Assembly (NCBI GenBank): GCA_963748625.1 | Contig: CAVVJT010000010.1 | Coordinates: 896,001-960,000, forward strand | DNA from: an uncultured Chloroflexia bacterium | Lineage (GTDB): Bacteria > Chloroflexota > Limnocylindria > Limnocylindrales > CSP1-4 | Length of the DNA stretch: 64,000 bases | Direction: 5' to 3' | Shown here: one piece after another, positions 46,464-57,224 of the stretch | How the letters are laid out: each line of letters begins with the position of its first letter | Position numbering within the stretch: position 1 is the first letter of the stretch | Made by a program: the position numbers and the translations under genes | The notes under the pieces: model-generated | The model's input: the letters and a program-made list of their open reading frames with translations, nothing else | What the model was told of the DNA's origin: nothing | The model's database searches: none

Positions 46464-48143
46464 ATGTTCCAGGCGCGCTTGATCGTTCGGGCATCCTTGC
46501 TGGCCATCACCATGCTCATGGTCGTGGCCGCCAGCGCCATGGCGTTCGATGACGTGACCCCGCCGACGGGCGGCATGTCCGCATCGACCGCGCGGGTCCG
46601 CGAGGCGGTGCTCGATCTCACGCTGACGTTCGCGGACCCGGAGTCCGGGATCGACCACGTCGATGTGCACTGCGACAGCCTGCCCGACGTGAGCTATCCG
46701 TTCGCGAGCGTGCTCCACATCCCCTACTTCGACCCGTCGATGGGCGGCTGTGAGGGTGAGGGCTGGCACTGGATCACCGCGACCGCCTACAACGGAGTGG
46801 GCATGTCCACCACGGCCAGCGTCGAGAAGTACCTTGGCTACGCCGTGGACCTGGTCGTCTCGGGGGATCCCACGACGGGCGCGCCGATCACGTTCACGCC
46901 GGTGTTCACCGGGCCCTCCGAGATCCTGTCGACCGCCTCCTGCGAGTGGGAGGTCCGCTGGGGCAACAACGCGGCGATCCTCGAGAACGACTTCAACGCC
47001 ACCTTCGGGTCCATCTATGTCGCTGGGAAGGGGTCGAAGGGGTTCTGCGGCCCCTGGACGTTCACGCTTCCGTACGCCCCGGTGCCGCACTTCCAGGTGA
47101 GCCTGAAGGCCGAGACGCCGGAGGAGAACATCTACGGCGACAAGATCGGCTTCAAGAAGGACGGCAGCGACATCATCCGGGCGGCCGTCGGCACGACCGA
47201 GCGCCGGATCACCTCCTCGAACCTGCCGGTGATGATGGTCCTGCCGGACGCCTACACTGCGACCGTGGGCGAGCCGATCACGTATCGCCTGTACCCGGCG
47301 GGTGGAGCGGCCTACGACAACAACGACGGCTGGATCGCCGCGTACGAGTCCGGCGAGCACCTGTTCCTCAAGGAAGGCGGGCGCTCGTTCACGTTCACCC
47401 CGGATCGGGTCGGCAACTGGTCGGTGTGGTGGAACGCACAAGGCAACGAGCCGTACCAGCTTGGTGCAGGCTACGACCCGCCGGCCAGGCGGGCGGACCG
47501 CACCAGGCCCACGACGACCACTCCGGTGATGCGGATCGACAGCGGGACCGTTGGCCCGACGGTGCCGGGATTGGTCACCTGGCATGGCAAGGACATCGGC
47601 TGGGGCATCGACCGCTACAAGCTTCAGCGAAGCGTGGACGGCGGCGCCTGGGGCGGCACCCGGTTGCACAAGGGCACCTCATCGGCCTTCGCGCTCACGC
47701 CGGGGCACACGTACCGGTTCCGGGTTCGCGCCATCGACAAGGCCGGCAATGCCGGGTCCTGGGACGCGGGGCCCAAGGTGCGGGTCCGCGCGCTCCAAGA
47801 GACGTCGACCTCGCTGGCCTGGCGGGGCGAGTGGACCAACCTCCCGGACCCAGAGTCGTGGGCCGGCCGCTCCCGCCAGGCGACGGCAGCAGGCGCCTCC
47901 CTCGGCTACACATTCACGGGGCGTGGCATCGCCTGGGTCGCCGGCCGGGCCGCCGCCTACGGCACCGCCAAGGTCTACCTCGACGGGACGCTCATGGCCA
48001 CCGTCAACCTCGAGCTGTCAGCGCCCGAGCACCGCCGGATCGTGTGGCGGCGGAGCTGGGCTGGGGCGGCCTCCCACCGGGTGAGGATCGTGACCACCGG
48101 CACCGGCCCGGTCGACGTGGATGGGTTCGTCGTCCTCCGCTAG
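46464..48143 (+). CDS. Secreted beta-rich protein with fibronectin-III-like module
   Basis: Signal peptide AMA; YRFRVRAIDKAGN FnIII-like strand; C-terminal FTGRGIAWV..GTAKVYLDG..VDVDGF jelly-roll-like domain. Confidence 0.75.
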   Translation: MFQARLIVRASLLAITMLMVVAASAMAFDDVTPPTGGMSASTARVREAVLDLTLTFADPESGIDHVDVHCDSLPDVSYPFASVLHIPYFDPSMGGCEGEGWHWITATAYNGVGMSTTASVEKYLGYAVDLVVSGDPTTGAPITFTPVFTGPSEILSTASCEWEVRWGNNAAILENDFNATFGSIYVAGKGSKGFCGPWTFTLPYAPVPHFQVSLKAETPEENIYGDKIGFKKDGSDIIRAAVGTTERRITSSNLPVMMVLPDAYTATVGEPITYRLYPAGGAAYDNNDGWIAAYESGEHLFLKEGGRSFTFTPDRVGNWSVWWNAQGNEPYQLGAGYDPPARRADRTRPTTTTPVMRIDSGTVGPTVPGLVTWHGKDIGWGIDRYKLQRSVDGGAWGGTRLHKGTSSAFALTPGHTYRFRVRAIDKAGNAGSWDAGPKVRVRALQETSTSLAWRGEWTNLPDPESWAGRSRQATAAGASLGYTFTGRGIAWVAGRAAAYGTAKVYLDGTLMATVNLELSAPEHRRIVWRRSWAGAASHRVRIVTTGTGPVDVDGFVVLR

Positions 48144-48166
48144 GGAAGGCGTGACACGAAGGCGAT

Positions 48167-48682
48167 TCAGGGGCTCGCCGCGGCTCGTCGGAGCTCAGCC
48201 AGATGGCGCCCGTGACGCACCCAGTCCGGTGGTTCCATGTCCGTCCCGTACGGCGCCAGGGCTTCGTGCATGCCGCGCGCAGGCGGTACCGCTGACCGCG
48301 GGCCGGCTGCGCGCGCAAGGCTGGCATCGAGGGTGAGCAGGGATGCGTCCTCGGACTCGGCAAGCGCGAGGTAGGCGGCGTCGTAGGCCGTCAAGCCATG
48401 GCGTGCCATGAGATCGAGGCCGAGGAGTTGCAGCGGCCGATCCACGGCGACGGTCTCGACGCCGATGTCGTCCAGCTCCCGCAGTGCGACAACGACCTGG
48501 TCCGTTGTCATCCCGTAGCGGCGCACGAGCACGTTGACGACCTCGAGCCAGAAGTGCCCCGGGACGAGGATCCGACTGGCGACAGCGTCGACCACAAGCG
48601 CGCGGGCTGCCTCGGTAGCCGCCTCCCGCAGCACGATGCCGAGCATCGCTGATGCATCAACCACGAGCGCCCTACCCGTCAC
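48167..48682 (-). CDS. vapC: VapC PIN-domain toxin
   Basis: LVVDASA, LEVVNVL, LTAYDAAYLALA, LLTLD..L. Confidence 0.88.
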   Translation of the reverse strand: MTGRALVVDASAMLGIVLREAATEAARALVVDAVASRILVPGHFWLEVVNVLVRRYGMTTDQVVVALRELDDIGVETVAVDRPLQLLGLDLMARHGLTAYDAAYLALAESEDASLLTLDASLARAAGPRSAVPPARGMHEALAPYGTDMEPPDWVRHGRHLAELRRAAASP

Positions 48683-48956
48683 GATCGCGCTCCTCGCGGA
48701 TGGCATCGGCGGCTGACGGCAGGGTGGCACTCCGAGCACGGACGACATCGCCCAAGGCTTGAAGCCGGTCCAGCGCAGCGATGGCGCGGTCCCGCCGCTG
48801 CTCGGGCGAATCCTCGAGCCGCCGCCCGTCCTCGACCGACACGAGCATGGCAATAGGCCGGTGATCGCGCTCGATCAGGAATCGTTGTCCGGCTGACGTC
48901 TCATCGAGGATCGAGCCCAGCGATCGGCGGAGATCCAGGGGGCTGATGGTTCTCAT
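48672..48956 (-). CDS. Phd/YefM family antitoxin
   Basis: MRTISPLDLRRSLGSILDETSAGQRFLIERDHRPIAML; overlaps the vapC start. Confidence 0.82.
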   Translation of the reverse strand: MRTISPLDLRRSLGSILDETSAGQRFLIERDHRPIAMLVSVEDGRRLEDSPEQRRDRAIAALDRLQALGDVVRARSATLPSAADAIREERDRDG

Positions 48957-49204
48957 AGTTCGCCATGATAGGCCGCTATGTGACAAGACCGCAAGACGCC
49001 CGGCACTCGGCGGGTGGCCGACCATGTCCGTGAGGCCTCGCAGGATGGCCCCCGGGGCGAGGGTGTTATCCCTGCTGCTGCCCACCCGTTCGCCGGGCTC
49101 GGGGCCACCCCGCACCGGGTCTATCATCGACCTGCCGCGCCCGTGCCGGGGCAGCGTCCATCTACCGCGGCACCATCTGCTGATGAGGCAGGGAGCGCGC
49201 CGCT

Positions 49205-49609
49205 GTGAAGATCGACGAGATCGAGGGCATCGGGCCCGTCTACGCCGCCAAACTCGGGGAGGCCGGCGTCATCACCACCGATGACCTGCTGGCGAAGGGA
49301 GCATCAGCGGCCGGACGCAAGGCGCTCGCCGAGGCGGCCGACCTGACCACGGGCCAGCTGCTCAAGTGGGTCAACCACGTGGACCTGATGCGCCTCGACG
49401 GCGTGGGCTCGGAGTACGCGGACCTGCTCGAGGCGGCCGGGGTGGACTCCTGCACGGAGCTGGCCCAGCGCAATCCGGCGAACCTGGCGCAGACGTTCGC
49501 GGAGATCGACGCGGCCCGACCGAACTGGGTCCGCCGGGTGCCCGGCGAAGCGACGGTCATCGGCTGGGTGCAGCAGGCGAAGTCGATCGAGAAGGTCGTC
49601 ACGCACTGA
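49205..49609 (+). CDS. DUF4332 domain protein (helix-hairpin-helix motifs)
   Basis: IEGIGPVYA, WVNHVDLMRLDGVGSEYADLLEAAGVD, ELAQRNP. Confidence 0.85.
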   Translation: MKIDEIEGIGPVYAAKLGEAGVITTDDLLAKGASAAGRKALAEAADLTTGQLLKWVNHVDLMRLDGVGSEYADLLEAAGVDSCTELAQRNPANLAQTFAEIDAARPNWVRRVPGEATVIGWVQQAKSIEKVVTH

Positions 49610-49759
49610 CGACGGCGCAACCCTCCGCACGCCGGGGGCCGATCCCATCCACGCATAGGGAGGACGTCCGGGCGGCGCGATCGGACGGCGACAGGGAGCG
49701 GGGGCCGGCCCGCGCACCTGACTGCGACGAGGAGCGGCCCCGGCCGCGCTCCCCGTGCG

Positions 49760-50839
49760 TCAGCAGATCCTGGGCAGCTGCTCCCCCACCAGCATGTCCA
49801 CGATCCGCTCGGAGCCCACGATCGTCCGGATCGTGACCATCCCCGGGTGATCCGCCACCACCACGCCGATCGCCACCGCCTCGGCTCCCTCTGGCACGGC
49901 CCGCATCGCGTCGAGCACGGCCGATGCCGATGACGCCGGCACGATCGCCACCAGCTTGCCCTCGTTGGCCACGTGGAGCGGGTCCAGGCCCAGGAACTCG
50001 CACGCCGCGCGCACCGGACCCGGGATGGGCATGACGTCCTCCTCGAGCACCATGCCCACGCCGGAGGCCGCCGCGATCTCATTGAGCGCTGACGACAGCC
50101 CGCCCCGGGTGGGGTCGCGCAGGACGTGGACGTCCGGCTCCACCGCCAGGATCGCCGCGACGAGCCCGTTGAGGGCCTGGGTGTCGGACGCGATCTCCAC
50201 CTCGAACTCGAGGCCTTCGCGGACCGACATGATCGCCACCCCGTGGAGCCCGATCGGCCCCGACAGGATCACGACGTCACCGGGGGCAGCCCGGTCGGCG
50301 GACGGCGCGACACCATCGGGCACCAGGCCGATGCCGGCGGTGTTCACGAACAGCTTGTCGGCCGCCCCGCGACCCACGACCTTCGTGTCGCCGGTGACGA
50401 TCCTCGCGCCGGCCCTGGCCGCTGCCGACGCCGCGGACGCGGTGATCAGCCGCAGCTCCTCGAGCGTCAGCCCCTCCTCGATGATGTAGGCGAGGCTGAT
50501 GGCCACCGGCTGCGCGCCCATCATCGCGAGGTCGTTGAGCGTGCCGTTCACGGCCAGCTCGCCGATGTCGCCGCCGGGAAAGACGATCGGCGACACCACG
50601 AAGGAGTCCGTGGTGAACGCGAGCCGCGCGCCCGCCACCTCCACGATGGCCGCATCGTTGAGCACGCCGCCCGGGGCCGCCACCGCGAGCGACGGGGCGA
50701 GCACGTCACGCATCAGCGCGTTCGAGAGCTGGCCGCCCGAGCCGTGGCCCAGGATCACCCGCTGGTCCTCGGGGATGGGCGCCGGGCAGTAGGCGCCCGT
50801 GGCATCGATGGTGACGCGATCGGCGTCGGGGATGGTCAT
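49760..50839 (-). CDS. hypE: Hydrogenase maturation carbamoyl dehydratase HypE
   Basis: [33 protein letters not shown]-terminal LPRIC. Confidence 0.96.
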   Translation of the reverse strand: MTIPDADRVTIDATGAYCPAPIPEDQRVILGHGSGGQLSNALMRDVLAPSLAVAAPGGVLNDAAIVEVAGARLAFTTDSFVVSPIVFPGGDIGELAVNGTLNDLAMMGAQPVAISLAYIIEEGLTLEELRLITASAASAAARAGARIVTGDTKVVGRGAADKLFVNTAGIGLVPDGVAPSADRAAPGDVVILSGPIGLHGVAIMSVREGLEFEVEIASDTQALNGLVAAILAVEPDVHVLRDPTRGGLSSALNEIAAASGVGMVLEEDVMPIPGPVRAACEFLGLDPLHVANEGKLVAIVPASSASAVLDAMRAVPEGAEAVAIGVVVADHPGMVTIRTIVGSERIVDMLVGEQLPRIC

Positions 50840-52011
50840 CGCGAGGCCTCCGGAGTGCCCAGGCTGCCCTGGCCGGGCGCCACGCTGAGCAGCTGGATGG
50901 GCGCTGAGAACGTGCCGCCGGCACCCAGCCCGCGACCGGCGCCGAAGAACGCCGCGCACGTGCCTTCGGACGACACCATCGGCGCGCCGAGGGGCTTCTG
51001 CGGGCTGCACAGCGTCGCGTACGCCGTGCAGTCGAGCGGCGTCTTCTCGCCGGTGAGGATCGCTCCCGCGATGCAGGCGGGATGCTCGTTGGTCACGATG
51101 TCGTCCACGTCGAACCGGGCCTCGGCGTCGAAGCGCGCGAACTCCGGGCGGAGGCGGTAGCCCGACATCGGGATCTCCCCGATCCCGCGCCACTTGCGCG
51201 GGCCCACCTCGAACACGGCCATCACCTGCTGCTGGGCGAGCGGGACGCCCTCGCGGGTCACGGCCCGGGTGTACTGGTTCTCGACCTCGTGGCGGCCTTC
51301 CTCGAGCTGGCGGATCGCCATGTGGATGCCCTCGAGGAGGTCGAGCGGCTCGAAGCCGGTGACGACGATGGGCACGCGGTACTTGGCAGCGATCGGCTCG
51401 TACTCGGTCCAGCCCATGATCGCGCAGACGTGGCCGGCGGCCAGGAATGCCTGGACCTGGTTGGCGGGCGAGTCCAGCAGCGCCGTCATCGCGGGCGGGA
51501 CCAGCACATGCGACACCAGGACGCTGAAGTTGTCGATGCCGCGCCGGGCGGCCTCGGCCACGGCCATGGCGTTGGCGGGCGCCGTGGTCTCGAACCCGAC
51601 GGCGAAGAAGACGACCTGCTTGGCGGGATTGGCGAGCGCGATCTTGAGCGCGTCGAGCGGGCTGTACACGATCCGCACGTCCGCGCCGCGGGCCTTGAGG
51701 GCGAGCAGGTCCGTCGACGAGCCGGGCACGCGGAGCATGTCCCCGTACGAGGTGAAGATGACGTCGGGGCGGGCAGCGATCGCAAGCGCCTTGTCCACCT
51801 GCTCGAGCGGCGTCACGCAGACCGGGCAGCCGGGACCGTGGATCATCCGGACGCCCTCGGGCAGGGCCTCGTCGATCCCCTGCTTGACGATCGTGTGCGT
51901 CTGGCCGCCGCAGACCTCCATGAGGGTCCACGGCCGGGTGGTGATCCGGTGGATCTCGGCCAGGATCTTCTTGGCGAGTACGGGGTCGCGGTACTCGTCG
52001 AGGTATTTCAC
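50836..52011 (-). CDS. hypD: Hydrogenase maturation protein HypD
   Basis: [32 protein letters not shown]. Confidence 0.96.
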   Translation of the reverse strand: MKYLDEYRDPVLAKKILAEIHRITTRPWTLMEVCGGQTHTIVKQGIDEALPEGVRMIHGPGCPVCVTPLEQVDKALAIAARPDVIFTSYGDMLRVPGSSTDLLALKARGADVRIVYSPLDALKIALANPAKQVVFFAVGFETTAPANAMAVAEAARRGIDNFSVLVSHVLVPPAMTALLDSPANQVQAFLAAGHVCAIMGWTEYEPIAAKYRVPIVVTGFEPLDLLEGIHMAIRQLEEGRHEVENQYTRAVTREGVPLAQQQVMAVFEVGPRKWRGIGEIPMSGYRLRPEFARFDAEARFDVDDIVTNEHPACIAGAILTGEKTPLDCTAYATLCSPQKPLGAPMVSSEGTCAAFFGAGRGLGAGGTFSAPIQLLSVAPGQGSLGTPEASR

Positions 52012-52355
52012 TGGATTGGGCCCATGGTCGACGGCGGCACTGCCGGATTGAAGGTCAGCGCACCGGGTGCGTCATCAGACACGACCGCGAGCCCGTCCAT
52101 ACCCTCGCCCATCGTCATCAGCTCGGGCTCCATGACCCCCATCTCCTCGAGGATCTCGAGGGTCTTGAGGGCCTCGGCCTCGTCGACCTGGCTGATCGCG
52201 AAGCCCACGTGGACGATGACGTAGTCGCCGAGCTTGATGTCCGGCAGGTAGGCGAGGCACGCGTCCTTGCGCACGCCGCCGAAATCCACCTTGCCCATCG
52301 CGAGGCCCGCTTCGTCGCGGATCTCGGTGACCCGTCCCGGGATGCCAAGACACAT
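52008..52355 (-). CDS. hypC: Hydrogenase assembly chaperone HypC
   Basis: [19 protein letters not shown]; about 35-aa C-terminal extension. Confidence 0.95.
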   Translation of the reverse strand: MCLGIPGRVTEIRDEAGLAMGKVDFGGVRKDACLAYLPDIKLGDYVIVHVGFAISQVDEAEALKTLEILEEMGVMEPELMTMGEGMDGLAVVSDDAPGALTFNPAVPPSTMGPIQ

Positions 52356-52359
52356 GCCC

Positions 52360-54789
52360 TCAGACCTCCTGCCCGAGCGTGGGGACGCCCGCTGTCAGTG
52401 CGCCTGCCGCGGCCAGCCGTGCTGCGCCGATTGCGGCCTGCCCGTAACTCACTCCCCCGTCGTTGACGGGGACCTGCCGGTTGATGAACGGATCGAACCC
52501 CTCGTCCGCCAGCCTGCGGAGCAGGTCGGACGCGAGACGCCGGTTCTGGAAGACGCCACCTGAAAGGCACACGATACGCACCCCGGTGCGCTCGCGTGCG
52601 TCAGCCAGGAGCGCGCTCGTGACATCCACGATCGTTGCCTGGAAGGCGGCCGCGAGCGCGCCGGTCGCCCGTCCTGCCCGGTTGCCGTCGAGAAGCGCCT
52701 CCAGCGTGGGCCTCGGGTCGTAGACGGCCAGCCCGTCGACCTGGCCCACGCGCCACGGGAGTGGGGCCTCGCGGCGATCACCGGCGGCCAGCTCCAGCTC
52801 GATCGCGGCCTGCGCCTCGTACTCGGCGGTGGCGCGGATGCCCAGCAGCGCCGACGCGGCATCGAAGAGACGGCCCGCCGACGATGCGACCGGTGCGTTC
52901 AGGCCGCGCTCGACCTGCGTGCGGATCAGCCGGACCTCGACCGGGTCGACCTTCGCGAGGAAGCGGCCAGCGTGTCCATCAGGGGAGGCGTCAAGCGGGT
53001 CGGCGCCGGGCAGGTTCTCCGCACCCAGCAGGTACCCGAGCGCCATCCGGTAGGGCTTCCTCACCGCGAGTGCCCCACCCGGCATCGGCGCGCGCCCGAA
53101 GCGCGCGAGGCGCGTGTACGTGCGCAGGTCCGCGAGGAGGATCTCGCCGCCCCAGAAGGTGCCGTCGTCGCCCATGCCCAGGCCGTCATACGCGACGCCC
53201 AGGAACGGCTCCGTGATCCTCCACTCCGCGGCGCACGAGGCGACATGCGCGTGGTGGTGCTGGACGGCGATCCGGCGGTCGGCCGGGAACGTGCCCACCG
53301 CGTACTTCGTGGAGAGGTACTCCGGATGCAGGTCGTGGACGACCACCTCCGGCTCCAGGGCCAGCAGGCGCGAGAGGTGCGCAAGCCCGTCGGTGAAGGC
53401 GCGGTGTGTGGCGAGGTCCTCGAGATCGCCGTTGTGCGGGGCGACATGCGCTCGGGACCCACGAGCCAAGGTGAAGGTGTGCTTGAGCTCGGCGCCCACC
53501 GCGAGCAACGGCACCGGCGCAGGCACCGGCAGCGGCATGGCTTCCGGGGCGTACCCGCGAGCCCGCCGGACCACAGATTCCCGCCGGGCGACCACCCGCG
53601 TCACGGAGTCGTCGTAGCGGGCCCGGATCTCGCGGTCGTGGGCGAGGAACCCTTCGGCGAGACCGGACAGCCGGGCGAGCGCGTCGTCGTCGTCGGTCGC
53701 CAGGGGCTCGTCGGTCAGGTTCCCGGACGTGAGCACGATCGGACGGCCGACAGCCTCGAGCAGCAGGTGGTGCAGCGGCGTGTACGGCAGGAACACGCCC
53801 AGGCGGCGGTTGCCGTTCGCGACGGATTGCGCGAGTGGCGGCGTGCCGTCGCGGCGGGCTTCCAGGAGGACGATGGGCCGGGCGGGAGCCCCCAGGAGGT
53901 CGCGCTCCAGGGCGCCGACGCGACACAGCGCACGCGCGGCGGCGAGGTCCCGGACCATCACCGCGAACGGCTTGGCCCATCGGCGCTTGCGATCCCGCAG
54001 CCGGCGGACGGCCGCATCGTCGGTGGCATCGCAGGCGAGGTGGTAGCCGCCGAGACCCTTGATCGCGACCACCCGCCCGTCGAGTAGCGCGGCGACGGCC
54101 GCCGTGAGCGCGTCCTCATCGCTGGCGACGGGGGCGGGCGCTCCAGTGGGGCGCCAGGAGAGCCGGGGGCCGCACGTCGGACAGGCCACGGGCTCAGCGT
54201 GGAAGCGGCGATCGGCCGGATCCCGGTACTCGGCCGCGCAGGCGTCGCAGAGGGGGAAGGCGCGCATCGTCGTCTGCGCCCGGTCGTAGGGCAGTTCCTC
54301 GATGATCGTCGCCCGCGGGCCGCAGTTCGTGCAGTTGGTGAACGGATAGCGGTACCGCCGGTCGGCCGGGTCGAAGAGCTCCGCGAGGCAGTCGTCGCAG
54401 GTGGCGATGTCCGGCGGAAACAGGCGATCAGTGGACGCCGCGACCACCGACTCGTCGATCTCGAACGGCCGCGGCAGGGCCGCCGCTGTCGCAGCCGGCA
54501 GCGGGCCGGCTGTCACGCGCTCCACCCGCGCACGAGGCGGGGCGTCGCTCTTGAGCCTGCGGGCGAGCTCGTCGAGCGTCGCGGGGTCGCCTGCCGCCTC
54601 GATCTCCACGCGCCCGGCAGCGTTGCGGACCCGACCGGCGAGACCCAGCTCCGTCGCCAGGCGCCACACGAACGGCCGGAAGCCCACGCCCTGGACGACG
54701 CCTTCGACCAGCAGGGAGCGGCCGCTCATCGGGGACGCGGGATCGCCGGCGGCCGGGACGCGGCCGTCCGACTGGACGGGTGCAGCCAT
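52360..54789 (-). CDS. hypF: Carbamoyltransferase HypF
   Basis: GVVQGVGFRPF, two Zn fingers, KGLGGYHL, QHHHAH, SSAGRLFD, NDGGVSYGQ. Confidence 0.96.
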   Translation of the reverse strand: MAAPVQSDGRVPAAGDPASPMSGRSLLVEGVVQGVGFRPFVWRLATELGLAGRVRNAAGRVEIEAAGDPATLDELARRLKSDAPPRARVERVTAGPLPAATAAALPRPFEIDESVVAASTDRLFPPDIATCDDCLAELFDPADRRYRYPFTNCTNCGPRATIIEELPYDRAQTTMRAFPLCDACAAEYRDPADRRFHAEPVACPTCGPRLSWRPTGAPAPVASDEDALTAAVAALLDGRVVAIKGLGGYHLACDATDDAAVRRLRDRKRRWAKPFAVMVRDLAAARALCRVGALERDLLGAPARPIVLLEARRDGTPPLAQSVANGNRRLGVFLPYTPLHHLLLEAVGRPIVLTSGNLTDEPLATDDDDALARLSGLAEGFLAHDREIRARYDDSVTRVVARRESVVRRARGYAPEAMPLPVPAPVPLLAVGAELKHTFTLARGSRAHVAPHNGDLEDLATHRAFTDGLAHLSRLLALEPEVVVHDLHPEYLSTKYAVGTFPADRRIAVQHHHAHVASCAAEWRITEPFLGVAYDGLGMGDDGTFWGGEILLADLRTYTRLARFGRAPMPGGALAVRKPYRMALGYLLGAENLPGADPLDASPDGHAGRFLAKVDPVEVRLIRTQVERGLNAPVASSAGRLFDAASALLGIRATAEYEAQAAIELELAAGDRREAPLPWRVGQVDGLAVYDPRPTLEALLDGNRAGRATGALAAAFQATIVDVTSALLADARERTGVRIVCLSGGVFQNRRLASDLLRRLADEGFDPFINRQVPVNDGGVSYGQAAIGAARLAAAGALTAGVPTLGQEV

Positions 54790-54960
54790 GTGCACAGCGT
54801 CGCGCGCCGGTCAACGCGGGGCGCGGGCCGTTCGGCCCCGATTGGCGGCCCGGTCGGCCGAGCCCGCGCAACGGACCAGTGTGGTCCGGCCTGCCCGATG
54901 GCACCGTCGCTACACTTGCGGGCAGCCCCGGTGCCCACCGGGCGCACCTGCGGAGGTCGC

Positions 54961-55926
54961 GTGGCCGAGGCGTACGTCATCACCGTCACCGGCCCGAGGG
55001 ACGCCTCGACCCTGGGCGTCGTGGACGCGCACGACCATCTCCTGATCAGTTCGGCCGGGATGCCCGGCGACGCCTTCACGGATGTCGACAAGGCGATCGC
55101 GGAGGTCCTCGACGGCCGGGCGTCCGGCCTCGGCGCGATCGTCGAGATGACGCCCATCGGCCTCGGGCGCGACCCGGCGGGCCTGCGGGCGATCAGCGAG
55201 GCGACCGGCGTCCCCGTTATCGCCGCGAGCGGCTACCACCGCGACACCCACTACCCGGCCGACCACTGGGTCCACGCGGCGTCCGTGGAGCTGCTGGCAG
55301 ACCGCATCCTCGCGGACCTGCGGACCGGGATGCATCCCGCCGACTGGCTCAAGCCCGAGCTGCCCGCGGATCCGGCCCGGGCGGGCGCCATCAAGGGCGG
55401 CGCCTCGTACCACCACATCAGCGCCCCGGAGCGGCGCCGACTGGAAGCGATTGGTGGGGCCAGCGCCGCCACGGGCGCCGGCATCCTCGTGCACTGCGAG
55501 ATCGGCACAGCCGCCCACGAGATCATCGACCTGCTCGAGCGATCGGGTGCGCGCGCCGACCGAATCGCCCTCGCCCACATGGACCGCAATCCGGACTGGG
55601 AGCTCCACGCGGAGATCGCCGCCCGGGGCATCATGCTCGAGTACGACACGATCGGGCGCACCAAGTACCACCCGGACAGCGTGGTCCTCGACCTGATCGA
55701 ACGAGTCGCAGCCGCCGGGCATGTGAAGCGGATGATGCTCGGGCTGGACCTCGGGGCCCGCTCGTACCTGCGGGCCTACGAGGGCGGGCCGGGTCTGCGA
55801 TACCTCATGACCGCCTTCGCGCCACGCCTGCGGCGGCGACTGGGCGGCGATGCGGCGGCCCGGATCCTGATCGCGAATCCCGCGCGCTTCTACGCGGTAC
55901 CCGGCGGCGGGGAGGCATGGGCGTGA
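54961..55926 (+). CDS. Phosphotriesterase-related amidohydrolase/lactonase
   Basis: TVTG, DAHDHL, EMTPIGLGRD, GAIK, VHCE, AHMDR, GLD, ANPARF; GGAGG RBS. Confidence 0.88.
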   Translation: MAEAYVITVTGPRDASTLGVVDAHDHLLISSAGMPGDAFTDVDKAIAEVLDGRASGLGAIVEMTPIGLGRDPAGLRAISEATGVPVIAASGYHRDTHYPADHWVHAASVELLADRILADLRTGMHPADWLKPELPADPARAGAIKGGASYHHISAPERRRLEAIGGASAATGAGILVHCEIGTAAHEIIDLLERSGARADRIALAHMDRNPDWELHAEIAARGIMLEYDTIGRTKYHPDSVVLDLIERVAAAGHVKRMMLGLDLGARSYLRAYEGGPGLRYLMTAFAPRLRRRLGGDAAARILIANPARFYAVPGGGEAWA

Positions 55927-57224
55927 GGGACCGGTACGACGTCGTCGTGGTTGGCGCCGGGTCCGCGGGCTCCACGGCGGCGATCGCCGCGGCGCGGACC
56001 GGGGCGCGAACCCTGCTCGTGGACCGGCTCGCGTTCATGGGTGGCACGTCAACCGCCGTGCTCGACACCTTCTACGCGTTCTACACGCCGGGCGAGCAGC
56101 CGCTCCGAGTCGTCGGCGGGATCGGGTGGGAGGTCGTGGGCAGGCTCTACGACAATGGCGGCGCCTTCGAGCGGCCGAACACGTACGGCGCAGGGACGGG
56201 CATCACGTACGACGCCGAGGCGCTCAAGGTGGTCTGGGAGAACATGGCCGAGCAGGCCGGCGTGGAGCTCCTGCTGCATACCTGGGCCACCGGTGTCCGG
56301 GTGGCCGACGGCCGGCTCACCGCTGTCCGCCTCTGGAACAAGGGCGGCGAGCACTGGGTCGAGGCGGGTGCCTTCGTGGATGCCTCGGGCGACGCGGATG
56401 TCTGCGCCATGGCCGGCGTCCCCCACGACGCCCCAGGCGAGGGCGGCACGGTCCAGTCCCTCTCCACGCTGTTCAAGGTTGCCAACGCGGACATCGCCCG
56501 CGCGTCGGCGGTGCCGAAGTCGGAGCTGTGGCGCCTGATGGCCGAGGCCGCCGCGACGGGCGACTACCGGCTGCCGCGGATCGAGGGATCCTGGCACCGC
56601 ACCCCGTACGAGGGCGTGGCGCTGATCCACATGACGCGGGTGCCGAACGTGGACGCGACCGATCCCGTGCAGTTGACCGCGGCCGAGGTGGACGGGCGGC
56701 GCCAGGTGCAGGAGTACCACCGCTTCCTGCGCGACCGGGTGCCTGGCTTCGAGCGGGCGGTGATCGTGGCGACCTCGCCGGCCATCGGCGTGCGCGAGAG
56801 CCGCCGGGTCCACGGCGACTACCGGCTGACGCGCGAGGACGTGCTCTCCGGCGCCCGGTTTCCCGACGAGATCGCGCTCTGCGGCGCCCCGATCGAGGAT
56901 CACGGCGCGGGGGGCGATACGGCGTGGGCCTACGTGGGCGGTGCGTCAGGGGGCGTCTACGGCATCCCGTACCGGACCTTGCTCCCGGCGGGAATCGAGG
57001 GGCTCCTGGTCGCCGGCCGATGCTTCTCGGCCACACACGACGCGCACGCCTCGGCCCGCTCGATGGCGACCTGCATGGCGATGGGCCAGGCTGCGGGGAC
57101 GGCGGCCGCGATGGCCTCGCTCCAGGGGATCACGCCGCGCGGGGTGGCGGCAGGAGTGCTGCGCGCCAGGCTGGCGGATGACGGCGCGCTGCTCGAGCCG
57201 GTGCCCGTGCAGGTGGCGGTATGA
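55923..57224 (+). CDS. FAD-dependent oxidoreductase (FAD_oxidored-type)
   Basis: DVVVVGAGSAG..AAIAAAR.G, VDASGDAD, GVRESRR, YGIPYR.L.P, GRCFSATH.A..S.R.M..CMAMGQAAG. Confidence 0.88.
   Translation: MRDRYDVVVVGAGSAGSTAAIAAARTGARTLLVDRLAFMGGTSTAVLDTFYAFYTPGEQPLRVVGGIGWEVVGRLYDNGGAFERPNTYGAGTGITYDAEALKVVWENMAEQAGVELLLHTWATGVRVADGRLTAVRLWNKGGEHWVEAGAFVDASGDADVCAMAGVPHDAPGEGGTVQSLSTLFKVANADIARASAVPKSELWRLMAEAAATGDYRLPRIEGSWHRTPYEGVALIHMTRVPNVDATDPVQLTAAEVDGRRQVQEYHRFLRDRVPGFERAVIVATSPAIGVRESRRVHGDYRLTREDVLSGARFPDEIALCGAPIEDHGAGGDTAWAYVGGASGGVYGIPYRTLLPAGIEGLLVAGRCFSATHDAHASARSMATCMAMGQAAGTAAAMASLQGITPRGVAAGVLRARLADDGALLEPVPVQVAV

Noticed and set aside
45101-49609. NERD, ung, vapBC and DUF4332 as a defence island or prophage
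   Set aside because: No integrase, att sites or phage structural genes; orientations are mixed and most genes have host-like composition.
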